A stretch of 10,610 nt of DNA from Candidatus Paceibacter sp. (GTDB lineage Bacteria > Patescibacteriota > Minisyncoccia > UBA6257 > GWB1-50-10). The DNA lies in the NCBI GenBank assembly GCA_020724685.1, contig DYGP01000018.1:1-10610 (forward strand), read 5' to 3'. Shown piece after piece: positions 1 through 6,903 of this stretch (the stretch's first letter is position 1; each line of letters starts with the position of its first letter). The notes beneath the pieces are model-generated. The model saw nothing but the letters and a program-made list of their open reading frames with translations, searched no databases and was not told the DNA's origin. The translations under genes and the position numbers were made by a program.

Positions 1-282
1 ATTGAAATAGCTCGAGAACCCGTCAAAAAAAGTGTCGGCGAGAAAAAATATTCCCGCGAGTCCGAGCACCGTTCCCCAGATGATGACTCCTCCCATCGTC
101 GGAGTCTCGGATTTTCCCTTGTGGTGCGCGTAGAAAACGGGCGCCGACTTTTCATCGCGAATATTCCTTTTTTTCAGGCCGTATTTCTGAAGCAGGTGAA
201 ACACAAAAGGCGTGATGAGCAACGCGACCACAAACGAAAGTGCGAATATGATAAGCGAACGTACCGCCTCAAAAAGTTCCAT
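1..282 (-). CDS. mraY: Phospho-N-acetylmuramoyl-pentapeptide transferase MraY, N-terminal part only; the gene continues past the window start
   Basis: My own translation of the reverse complement from the ATG at 280-282 gives MELFEAVRSLIIFALSFVVALLITPFVFHLLQKYGLKKRNIRDEKSAPVFYAHHKGKSETPTMGGVIIWGTVLGLAGIFFLADTFFDG... This has the hydrophobic N-terminus and the conserved 'K..TPTMGG' motif of MraY. It is not in the ORF track because it is open at the window edge. It starts 5 bp after the stop of the upstream carboxypeptidase gene. Confidence 0.8.
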   Translation of the reverse strand, partial: MELFEAVRSLIIFALSFVVALLITPFVFHLLQKYGLKKRNIRDEKSAPVFYAHHKGKSETPTMGGVIIWGTVLGLAGIFFLADTFFDGFSSYFN

Positions 283-287
283 AGATA

Positions 288-1268
288 TTATTTTTCGTAG
301 AATTCATACGCGCTGTCGACCCATTCGAGAAGTTCGGGAACCTCTTGTATTCTGTCGCCGCTCCCGAGAAGAATGATGGCGATCCGGTATTCGTTGAACG
401 AGAAAATGGAAACGAGATTCTGGCGCGCCTCCGGAAGGGTTCCTGTTTTCCCCCCGAGAAATTCCGTGTCGTTCACGAACGGATTGATATTATAGAGCGT
501 TTTGCTCGTTTGGCTGTTAATCGGTTGCACGAGAATGCTCGGAAGGCGCGTCCAACTCAGGATGTCGGGATGTTTTTCGATAATATATTTCACGAGCTTG
601 AGAAGATCGTTCGCGGTGGATATGTTGAGATCGGAGAGACCCGACGGTTCATGGAGAACCGTGTCGCTCATGCCTATTTCCCCCGCCTTTTTGTTGAGGA
701 GGGTCGTGAAAGTTTCGCGTCCTCCGGCATTCTCCTCAAACGCGAGTGCCGCATCGTTCGAGGACGTGAGGAGCATGATCTTCACGAGATCTTCAGTCGA
801 ATATACCTCGCCGCTTACGAGATTTCCGGCGACTCCCGGAGTGTCGACGGCGTTCTGGCTTATCGTCACTCTTTTCTTTTCTCCCCCCTCTTCAAGCACG
901 ACGACTGCGGTAAGCAATTTCGTCACCGACGCGATCGGCCACGTTTTGTGCGTCCGAAACCGGAGAAAGGGAAAATCTTCGTCGAGCGACTGGATAAGCA
1001 CGCCTTCCGCGTCTATCCCCGGATCAAGCACGTCCCATTTTCTTTTCGGAAGCGTTTTTCCGGTTTGCGAAATCGCGCGGGAAACGGCAACCGAGTCCGT
1101 CTCAAAAAAAGGAGAGGATGACGCCTCGGAAAGGTCTGTTGAAACGGTTTCGGAGGCGCCCGACGATGTCGAAAAGAAAGAGAGGAACGAGGATGTTTCG
1201 ATCCTCGTGAGCGCGAGCGATGCGAGAATAAGCGCTATGAATATTGCCGCCTGCCATTTTATGCTCAT
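288..1268 (-). CDS. Serine-type D-Ala-D-Ala carboxypeptidase (PBP5/DacA-like, peptidase S11) with an N-terminal membrane anchor or signal and a Ser/Thr-rich linker
   Basis: 326 aa. The three active-site motifs of the penicillin-binding fold are present in order: SVTK (SxxK), SSND (SxN) and KTGT (KTG). It has an N-terminal hydrophobic helix (AAIFIALILASLAL) followed by a low-complexity S/T/E-rich segment. Its ATG overlaps the scpB stop (ATGA), and its stop lies 5 bp before the mraY start. Confidence 0.85.
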   Translation of the reverse strand: MSIKWQAAIFIALILASLALTRIETSSFLSFFSTSSGASETVSTDLSEASSSPFFETDSVAVSRAISQTGKTLPKRKWDVLDPGIDAEGVLIQSLDEDFPFLRFRTHKTWPIASVTKLLTAVVVLEEGGEKKRVTISQNAVDTPGVAGNLVSGEVYSTEDLVKIMLLTSSNDAALAFEENAGGRETFTTLLNKKAGEIGMSDTVLHEPSGLSDLNISTANDLLKLVKYIIEKHPDILSWTRLPSILVQPINSQTSKTLYNINPFVNDTEFLGGKTGTLPEARQNLVSIFSFNEYRIAIILLGSGDRIQEVPELLEWVDSAYEFYEK

Positions 1269-1891
1269 ACGCTCTCTTCCGTTTGTGTTTCGCCTTTCGG
1301 GGACGCGCCATCGGAATCGCTTCCGTCTCCCGCATTGTCTTTTTCGTTCTGAGATTCATACCGTAGAAGAATATCCTTGAACTCGTCGAATTCCGGAAGC
1401 TCCTCCACGCGGGAAATTCCGAGGTGTTTGAGAAAATCGAAAGTGATTTTATATTCGTACGCATGCTTGCGATTTTCGTCTTGATTCCGTTCCACGAGCC
1501 CCCGGACAAGGAGGTTTCTGACGATGAAGCTTGAATTCACTCCCCGGATATAATCGATGGTCGCGCGCGGAACCGGGCCAAGATACGCGATGATCGAAAG
1601 TGTTTCGAGGGCGGCGGGAGTCAGCTCCTCCTTAAATTCGTCGTGAATGACCGATTCAAGGACATCCTTGAATTCCGGCTTTGTCATAAGCTGAATGATG
1701 TCATGGTCGATAAGAAGCATAAGCCCCCTTTCCTCCCGGCGAAGCGATTCGGCATATTCGTTCACAAGCCGTTCGCATTCTTCTTCGGAAACGGAAAGGA
1801 GCGTCGCGGCCTTCTTTTTCGATATCGGTTCTCCGTATTGGAAAAGAAGCGCCTCAAGCGCGGATATTGAATATGAATTCGAAGAAGACAT
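1265..1891 (-). CDS. scpB: Segregation and condensation protein B (ScpB)
   Basis: The ScpB signature N-terminus 'ALEALLFQYGEPIS' is present, along with the winged-helix pair typical of ScpB. The track ORF begins at a TTG (1930). An in-frame ATG at 1889-1891 (MSSSNSY...) is preceded by AAGGA at a 5-nt spacing, so that start is preferred. The acidic low-complexity C-terminal tail ends in a stop that overlaps the start of the downstream gene. Confidence 0.85.
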   Translation of the reverse strand: MSSSNSYSISALEALLFQYGEPISKKKAATLLSVSEEECERLVNEYAESLRREERGLMLLIDHDIIQLMTKPEFKDVLESVIHDEFKEELTPAALETLSIIAYLGPVPRATIDYIRGVNSSFIVRNLLVRGLVERNQDENRKHAYEYKITFDFLKHLGISRVEELPEFDEFKDILLRYESQNEKDNAGDGSDSDGASPKGETQTEESV

Positions 1892-1904
1892 TGATATCCT
1901 TATA

Positions 1905-2615
1905 TTATTGGGTTTTCGGAACCTTCGCAACGACGATGTCGGAAAAATGATCGTTTTGATCGGCGCGGATGATCTGGTCTTTTACGAGATGGAGGAGCGC
2001 CATGAAAAGGACGATCACCTCGCCTCTTTTCTTTCCTTTGTGCATGTCGGAAAAGGAAAATGGAATATCCGAAATGCGCTCGATGATCTCCTGAATCTTG
2101 TGCTTCAGATGGACAATCTCCGCCTTTACCGTTTCGACGGGACGCATGATCCGCTCCATTTCGCCGGCAACCTTCCTCATCGCGCGACGCAGATCGTCGA
2201 TGGTTGTTTTTGAAGGGGGGAAGAAAAACGCGACGGTCGACATGAGAAATTCCCTCTCGGCCATCCGGGGATGGGCGCTCCACCGATCCTTGATGTGCGC
2301 CTGACCCCGCTTCAGCTCCTGATACAGTTTGAGACGAAGTTCGAGCGAACGGATGTCGGACTCCTCCTCTTCGGAGAGCGGGAGCGACGGGAGAAGCGTT
2401 TTCGATTTGATGAGAATGAGTTTCGACGCGATGACGAGAAAGTCGGCGACCACATCCTTCCTCCCTTCCGCCTCAAGCGTCTCGACGTACCTCAAAAAAT
2501 CGGATGTGACTTCGGCGAGCGCGATGGTCGTGATCTCAAGTTTTTTCTCCTCGATGAGTTCGAGGAGTTTGTCGAGCGGTCCTTTGTACGCGTCTGATGA
2601 AAGCTCGTAGTGCAT
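1905..2615 (-). CDS. scpA: Segregation and condensation protein A (ScpA)
   Basis: MHYELSSDAYKGPLDKLLELIEEKKLEITTIALAEVTSDFL is the canonical ScpA N-terminal kleisin motif, and the gene sits immediately upstream of scpB. The track start at 2624 is a TTG. The ATG at 2613-2615 is chosen instead; the alternative 2624 start cannot be excluded. Confidence 0.85.
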   Translation of the reverse strand: MHYELSSDAYKGPLDKLLELIEEKKLEITTIALAEVTSDFLRYVETLEAEGRKDVVADFLVIASKLILIKSKTLLPSLPLSEEEESDIRSLELRLKLYQELKRGQAHIKDRWSAHPRMAEREFLMSTVAFFFPPSKTTIDDLRRAMRKVAGEMERIMRPVETVKAEIVHLKHKIQEIIERISDIPFSFSDMHKGKKRGEVIVLFMALLHLVKDQIIRADQNDHFSDIVVAKVPKTQ

Positions 2616-2626
2616 ACGAAACAATA

Positions 2627-2655
2627 TATATACCTATTGTACGCTGTTATCGCAA
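2627..2655 (-). promoter_or_regulatory. Candidate sigma70-type promoter for scpA-scpB-dac-mraY (-35 TTGCGA, 17-nt spacer, -10 TATATA); it would give a near-leaderless transcript
   Basis: The minus strand reads ...acaTTGCGAtaacagcgtacaataggTATATAtattgtttcgtATG. The -10 ends about 11 nt before the scpA ATG, so the 5' leader would be 5 nt or less. No Shine-Dalgarno is present, which is consistent with leaderless initiation. Confidence 0.35.
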
Positions 2656-2702
2656 TGTTTTCTACACGCACGGACAGCCACGCTTTTGATTTTTGAGTTT
2701 TC

Positions 2703-3719
2703 CTATCCGTGCCGTATCACCATCACGTCGCCGTCTCGCACGACATACTCTTTCCCTTCGAGCCGGATCCACCCTTTTTGGCGCGCCTGCGCCCATCCTC
2801 CCGCCTCCGCGAGTTTGCGCCAATCAATGACCTCGGCGCGGATGAATTTTTTTTCGAAATCGGTATGGATCACCCCGGCGGCCTGCGGCGCCTTCGTTCC
2901 GTTCTTCACCGTCCACGCCCGCGTCTCGTCCTCGCCGGTCGTGAGAAAACTCATGAGGTCAAGCGTCTCATATGCTTTTTTGATAAGCGTCGGAACCGGA
3001 TCGCCTGATCCGAGATTCGCGACGACGTGATACGCGTTCATATTCCGTATCTTTTCCTTGAGCGCCTCGGATACGTCGCTCTCCTCTCCGTTCAGGAGAA
3101 AAATCTGCGTCTTCGCGGTGAGAAGCCCCACGTCTCCGACTATTCCAATGTTCTTGAGAACATTGGAATAGTTCGGGGAGGCGAAAAGAGGGATTCCCCT
3201 GTCGATCTCATTCCTGATCTCCCTGAGCGCGTCCCGCACCGCAACGAATTCTTTCTTTCCGCTTTTCGCCTCCGATTCCGCCTTATGAAGACGTCTCTCG
3301 ACCGTATCGAGGTCTTTGAGGAGAAGTTCCGTGTTGATGATGTCGATGTCGCGTTCGGGATCGGGAGCGCCTTCGACGTGAATGATCTCCGAAGAATCGA
3401 AACAGCGCACAACCTGAACGATCGCCGCGCATTCCCGGATATGCGAAAGGAACTGGTTTCCGAGTCCCTCGCCCTTGTTCGCCCCTTTCACGAGCCCCGC
3501 GATATCGTAAAATTCGACGACCGCGGGAACTTTCTTTTTCGAGCGCGAGAGTTCGGCAAGCGCGTCAACCCGCTCGTCCGGAACAGGCACAACCCCGACG
3601 TTCGGATCGATCGTCGCGAACGGATAATTGGCGACGACGATCTCCTGACTCGTCAGGAGTTTGAAAAGCGTCGACTTGCCTACGTTCGGCAAACCGACAA
3701 TTCCAATGCTTAATTTCAT
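2703..3719 (-). CDS. ychF: Ribosome-binding ATPase YchF/Ola1 (Obg-family GTPase with a C-terminal TGS domain)
   Basis: The real N-terminus is MKLSIGIVGLPNVGKSTLF (G1/P-loop). The rest reads NYPFATIDPNVG ... coiled-coil insert ... TGS domain (VIHTDFEKKFIRAEVI...VVRDGDVMVIRHG). The 489-aa track ORF carries a 151-codon Arg-rich upstream extension that is not homologous and overlaps divergent genes. The start is set to the ATG at 3717-3719; starting at MERMKL, three or four codons upstream, is also possible. Confidence 0.9.
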   Translation of the reverse strand: MKLSIGIVGLPNVGKSTLFKLLTSQEIVVANYPFATIDPNVGVVPVPDERVDALAELSRSKKKVPAVVEFYDIAGLVKGANKGEGLGNQFLSHIRECAAIVQVVRCFDSSEIIHVEGAPDPERDIDIINTELLLKDLDTVERRLHKAESEAKSGKKEFVAVRDALREIRNEIDRGIPLFASPNYSNVLKNIGIVGDVGLLTAKTQIFLLNGEESDVSEALKEKIRNMNAYHVVANLGSGDPVPTLIKKAYETLDLMSFLTTGEDETRAWTVKNGTKAPQAAGVIHTDFEKKFIRAEVIDWRKLAEAGGWAQARQKGWIRLEGKEYVVRDGDVMVIRHG

Positions 3720-3794
3720 CCTTTCCATCATGCTCCACGATGCGATTTTCCACAAGAGAATCCCCGCCCCCGTCCCGCCGGAATCCGGACTGGT

Positions 3795-3824
3795 TTGACT
3801 AAAAATGAAAAAAATTGTAAAAAT
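3795..3824 (+). promoter_or_regulatory. Strong candidate sigma70 promoter: -35 TTGACT (3795-3800), 17/18-nt A-rich spacer, -10 TAAAAT (3819-3824)
   Basis: The -35 is near-consensus, the -10 matches 5 of 6, and the surroundings are A-tract rich. It lies about 30 nt upstream of the GGAGG ribosome-binding site and ATG of the 65-aa zinc-ribbon ORF. It is in the 137-bp divergent intergenic region shared with ychF. Confidence 0.45.
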
Positions 3825-3856
3825 AAAACAGCTTCTCACATAACGCCGGAGGAAAA

Positions 3857-4054
3857 ATGAAAAGAGACGATGTGCACGACGTTCCGAAACCCCCCGAATG
3901 GATTTGCGTGAATCCCGATTGCACGACGTGCGGAGGAGATGAGAACCCGCATGCGGGCATGGTGCTTCAGGGAAGAACATGGATTCCCTGCCCCGAATGC
4001 GTCGAATATTCGGAACGCGGGAAAAAAGAAGACGAAGGAGGAAGCGATGAATGA
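3857..4054 (+). CDS. Small zinc-ribbon-like protein (65 aa; Cys pattern C-x4-C-x2-C ... C-x2-C; acidic C-terminal tail)
   Basis: GGAGG lies 4 nt upstream of the ATG. GC3 is high like the flanking genes. The sequence is MKRDDVHDVPKPPEWICVNPDCTTCGGDENPHAGMVLQGRTWIPCPECVEYSERGKKEDEGGSDE. It has a dedicated promoter upstream, and its stop overlaps the next ORF's start (ATGAATGA). Confidence 0.55.
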   Translation: MKRDDVHDVPKPPEWICVNPDCTTCGGDENPHAGMVLQGRTWIPCPECVEYSERGKKEDEGGSDE

Positions 4055-4205
4055 CAAATCCGCTCCGAGAGAGGAATTCCCTCTTTCGGGAAAAATACTT
4101 TTCGGGTGCGTCATCGCCGGAACGGTCATCGCCGCAATCTTCCTTTTTTTCAAATTTCTCGATTTCGTCCACTCGATGGTCGAGGGATTTCGGCTCCCGT
4201 ATTAA
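4047..4205 (+). CDS. Small single-pass membrane peptide (52 aa), translationally coupled to the zinc-ribbon ORF
   Basis: The ATG at 4047 is preceded by AAGGAGG at a 5-nt spacing. The sequence is MNDKSAPREEFPLSGKILFGCVIAGTVIAAIFLFFKFLDFVHSMVEGFRLPY, with one clear TM helix. The longer track ORF (3939..4205) has an upstream part that is out of frame with, and overlaps, the zinc-ribbon CDS, so the internal start is chosen. Confidence 0.5.
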   Translation: MNDKSAPREEFPLSGKILFGCVIAGTVIAAIFLFFKFLDFVHSMVEGFRLPY

Positions 4206-4213
4206 AAAACAAT

Positions 4214-4240
4214 CGCGCGGCTTCTCCGCGCGAATTTTGA
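4214..4240 (+). terminator. Weak intrinsic terminator-like hairpin (CGCGCGG-cttct-CCGCGCG followed by aatttt) after the micro-operon
   Basis: A GC-rich 7-bp stem with a 5-nt loop sits 9 nt after the stop at 4205. The U-tract is short (4 T), so termination is probably partial. Confidence 0.35.
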
Positions 4241-4264
4241 CATTTTGGGGGGAAAGCGGTATGA
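4236..4264 (+). promoter_or_regulatory. Candidate promoter for the DUF218 gene: -35 TTGACA (4236-4241), 17-nt spacer, -10 TATGAA
   Basis: The -35 hexamer is a perfect match and the -10 matches 4 of 6. It overlaps a 12-codon mini-ORF (MKKTVSYNKLAR). Confidence 0.3.
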
Positions 4265-4302
4265 AAAAAACAGTTTCTTACAACAAACTGGCGAGGTGAA
4301 GA

Positions 4303-4893
4303 GTGAAAGCGTCGGAGTGGTTTGAAAAAACCTTTCAAATGAAAGGCGGTGATTCCTATCTGGAAACGGCATTTCCGTCATCGGTTGACGTCATTATCGC
4401 AATAGGGACCGACGTCGCAAAAGACGGAAAGGGACCGAGTCCGCAATCAAAGATGATCGCGCTCGTGGCCGACCGGATCTTCCGAAGCGGGAACGCAGAC
4501 AACATCCTCTTTTGCGGAGGGTATGAACACAAGGGGCTTCGGGAATACTACGCAATGTATATGTCGAGATACGGAAACCGGGAAACTCCTCAGGGAGTGT
4601 GGTTCGAGGGGGAAAGCAACCGTACGTATCTGAACGCGGACAATACCCTTGAGATAATGAAAAACAAGGGATGGGATTCCGCCGTTGTCGTGTGTCAGCA
4701 ATGGCATGCCCGGAGAGTCCGTGCGACGTTCAAAAAACGCTGGCACGGAAGCGGAAAAAAGTTTTATGTGCTAAAGGCGTTCTCTCCGTACGTAAAAGGA
4801 GCAAACTCCCAGAAACGATTCGACAACTTCTGGAGATTCCTCTTCTGGGACACGTTGGCGTTCGTTGTCTCGAAAATAAAAGGATATTGCTGA
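4303..4893 (+). CDS. DUF218/YdcF-like (SanA/ElyC family) protein
   Basis: The core reads VDVIIAIGTDVAKDGKGPSPQSKMIALVADRIFRSGNADNILFCGGY...DNTLEIMKNKGWDSAVVV, which matches the DUF218 fold. The start is uncertain: GTG at 4303 (weak AAGAG SD 8 nt upstream) or ATG at 4339 (no SD). The stop is at 4891-4893. Confidence 0.75.
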   Translation: MKASEWFEKTFQMKGGDSYLETAFPSSVDVIIAIGTDVAKDGKGPSPQSKMIALVADRIFRSGNADNILFCGGYEHKGLREYYAMYMSRYGNRETPQGVWFEGESNRTYLNADNTLEIMKNKGWDSAVVVCQQWHARRVRATFKKRWHGSGKKFYVLKAFSPYVKGANSQKRFDNFWRFLFWDTLAFVVSKIKGYC

Positions 4894-4897
4894 AAAC

Positions 4898-4926
4898 AAA
4901 AACCGAATGTCTCCATTCGGTTTTTT
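4898..4926. terminator. Bidirectional rho-independent terminator between convergent genes (A5-CCGAATG-tctc-CATTCGG-T6)
   Basis: It is a perfect 7-bp GC-containing stem, extendable with A:U pairs, flanked by an A-tract on one side and a T6 tract on the other. It lies 5 nt after the DUF218 stop and about 25 nt after the flotillin stop on the other strand. Confidence 0.7.
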
Positions 4927-4950
4927 ATATTTTTGAATTTTTATAACTTC

Positions 4951-6840
4951 TTATTTGTCTTCCTTAGAAGATTCATCCGTTTTTGCGGATTCGTCTTCCG
5001 GAGACGTCTTTTTATCCGCACCTTCATCACCAACTGGTTTTTTGAAGAGATCGGATTTGTGCTTCAGAATCTCGGCACCAATGAGAGCATCAACGATGCT
5101 TCCGCTGCCGCCCGAAGCGCCCTGGATGAGAATATCCGGAACAATCTTCATTCCGTTCTTCGAGAGGTGTTCGGCAACCTGAACGATTGCGAACTGTTCC
5201 TGACCCATCGCGTCGGTCTTTTTCTTAATGACGCCTGCTTCAGCACTACCAACCTCATCGATGTTTTTGGCTTTTGCCGAACCGACTGTGGTTAATACAT
5301 ATGCTTCACCGTCAGCAGTAATCTTTGCTGATTCTCTGTCTCCTTTCGCGGTTTCGACTTTTGCTTCGGCCTTCTGTGTCGCGATATCCTTGTCATATCG
5401 CGCAGCGGTCAATTGCTCTTCTTTTGTGGCCGCAGTCTGGGCTTTGACGAAGTCTTGACGCTTCTCTTCCGACGCTTTCTGCATGAGATACATCTCTTGC
5501 TGCTGTTCCGCAATCTTTCTGTCGGCGAGGATTTTCATGAGTTCTTCCGGAGGATTAATGTCTCCGATAAGCGTGTCGACACACTCGATATCGTACTGTT
5601 TTAGTATTTTTTCGATGTGCTGTCTTGCCTCCGCCTGACGTTCAGCTCTTCCGTCAACAAAAGTAAGAGCTTCTGAGGTCTGGGCGCTATTACGGAAATA
5701 GTTCCCTATCGTAGGTTCGAGAACCTGCGAAACAAGATTTTCCACGGTTCCGAAACGCGCAATGACTTTCGGAGCGGCTTTATCGGAAATGTTTATGACC
5801 TGAGAAACTTCCAAGTCAAACGTGAAGCCGTCTTTCGATCTTACCTTTATGGTGCTGAGTTTCTCATCCAGACCGTGAGATTCTGTTATCTCATTTTTCC
5901 AGTTGAGAACGATGTTCGTGGTCGGCACCATAAGCACATCTTGAAGCCGCGGATTTATCGGATAGAGACCGGGATCAAGTGTTTTTTCCCAGATACCCTT
6001 CTGACCCTCTCTTACGATATTTCCGTGCTTGAATCCTTCTCCGGAAACGTCCTCGCCGGGTTCGCCGATGAACGAGTTTACGACACCGACATATCCGACT
6101 TCGACGCGGATCATGCTTTTCTTCTGTACGTCAGCGAATTTCGGGTTGATGTAATACTTACCAGGCAAGAGTACTTCTTCCTGGAGTCCCCTGAAGCCGC
6201 CTTTCTCCAAAAACTCATTCGCGTCCTGGAAGGTTTTGTGACCTTCAAGCATTTTTCCAGCAATGCTCTTTGGGGGCAGTTGAACACCATCAAGCGTCGT
6301 TACAAGACCTATTTCGTTCGAGGCTATTTCAAGCGCGGGAACGATATTTACCTTGAAAAGGAAGGTGTTGATACGGTACTGACCGTTGGTGAGAAAGTTT
6401 CTCTGCCATCCTTTCTGTCCGCCGCTATCCAAAAACGCCTTGGCATCCTGGAACGAATCGCATTCTACGACATTCGTTGCAAGAATCGCGCCTTGCGGTA
6501 GCTTTGCACCGTCAATTGATTCGATGATACCGATGTGATCTTTCGGCACTTCGGTGATGTTGACCTTCTTTACGTCATACATCCACCACCATTTGAAGAA
6601 GTGAAGTCCCGGTCCGAGCATTTCCGCCCATATGCCGGCTTCGCCGTTTCTTGCTATGATCTGTCCTTCGGGAAGTCGGGATTTTTTCCCAATACCCCAT
6701 TTTTTTACCACAACACCATTTTGGCTGTCTTTGATGATGACCCAACCAAGTATGGTTTTTGCGGAAAGAAAAAACAGAACGACGGCGAGAAGTACCCACC
6801 ACTGAGAAAGTAATACGTCGAAAAATGACGAATTTTCCAT
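4951..6840 (-). CDS. Flotillin-like SPFH/band-7 protein with an N-terminal TM helix and a ~300-aa internally repetitive N-terminal extension
   Basis: The C-terminal 300 aa are an SPFH domain (KVRSKDGFTFDLEVSQVINI...TFVDGRAERQAEARQ...) followed by a flotillin-type Ala/Glu/Lys-rich coiled coil and the 'IVPDILIQG' motif. The start is set to the ATG at 6838-6840 (MENSSFFDVLLSQWWVLLAVVLFF...), which is preceded by AAGGAG at a 6-nt spacing. The track's GTG start at 6882 would put a hairpin+T8 element inside the CDS. Confidence 0.9.
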   Translation of the reverse strand: MENSSFFDVLLSQWWVLLAVVLFFLSAKTILGWVIIKDSQNGVVVKKWGIGKKSRLPEGQIIARNGEAGIWAEMLGPGLHFFKWWWMYDVKKVNITEVPKDHIGIIESIDGAKLPQGAILATNVVECDSFQDAKAFLDSGGQKGWQRNFLTNGQYRINTFLFKVNIVPALEIASNEIGLVTTLDGVQLPPKSIAGKMLEGHKTFQDANEFLEKGGFRGLQEEVLLPGKYYINPKFADVQKKSMIRVEVGYVGVVNSFIGEPGEDVSGEGFKHGNIVREGQKGIWEKTLDPGLYPINPRLQDVLMVPTTNIVLNWKNEITESHGLDEKLSTIKVRSKDGFTFDLEVSQVINISDKAAPKVIARFGTVENLVSQVLEPTIGNYFRNSAQTSEALTFVDGRAERQAEARQHIEKILKQYDIECVDTLIGDINPPEELMKILADRKIAEQQQEMYLMQKASEEKRQDFVKAQTAATKEEQLTAARYDKDIATQKAEAKVETAKGDRESAKITADGEAYVLTTVGSAKAKNIDEVGSAEAGVIKKKTDAMGQEQFAIVQVAEHLSKNGMKIVPDILIQGASGGSGSIVDALIGAEILKHKSDLFKKPVGDEGADKKTSPEDESAKTDESSKEDK

Positions 6841-6869
6841 TTGTTGCTCCTTTTTGAAGTTATAAGATT

Positions 6870-6903
6870 CAGCAGTTTTCACACGAAAACCGCTGTTTTT
6901 TTT
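6870..6903 (+). other. Hairpin (CAGCAGTTTTC-acac-GAAAACCGCTG, one mismatch) followed by T8 on the plus strand; an intrinsic-terminator shape antisense to the flotillin 5' leader
   Basis: An 11-bp stem with a 4-nt loop is followed by tttttttt (6896-6903). On the minus (flotillin mRNA) strand it reads A8-hairpin and lies between the predicted promoter and the AAGGAG ribosome-binding site. Confidence 0.5.

Noticed and set aside
345-1380. Long plus-strand ORFs (345..1121, 502..1380) over the carboxypeptidase locus
   Set aside because: They are antisense to a well-supported PBP5-like gene with intact catalytic motifs. Their products are Arg/Ser-rich and low-complexity, which is typical of spurious antisense frames in GC3-rich coding DNA.
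3755-3785. G/C-rich run (ccccgcccccgtcccgcc) as a possible G-quadruplex on the minus strand
   Set aside because: Only short G-tracts (2-5 G) with irregular loops. At best a weak two-tetrad G4, and more simply GC-rich spacer DNA in the divergent promoter region.
3836-4153. Minus-strand 105-aa ORF antisense to the zinc-ribbon and TM ORFs
   Set aside because: It has no ribosome-binding site and a low-complexity product. It fully overlaps two plus-strand ORFs that have strong RBSs and a promoter.
3720-4172. 151-codon N-terminal extension of the ychF track ORF (start at 4172)
   Set aside because: YchF homology begins exactly at MKLSIGIVGLPNVGKST. The extension is Arg-rich and non-homologous, and it would run across the divergent promoter and the well-supported plus-strand small ORFs.
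4051-4299. Plus-strand 82-aa ORF in a third frame overlapping the TM peptide
   Set aside because: It is Ser/Arg-rich and overlaps the TM-peptide ORF (AAGGAGG-supported) out of frame. Only its last 12 codons (the mini-ORF at 4261) are noted as a possible uORF.
6535-6813. Plus- and minus-strand small ORFs inside the flotillin N-terminal region
   Set aside because: They are antisense or out of frame relative to the flotillin CDS, which is continuous and repeat-structured across this span.
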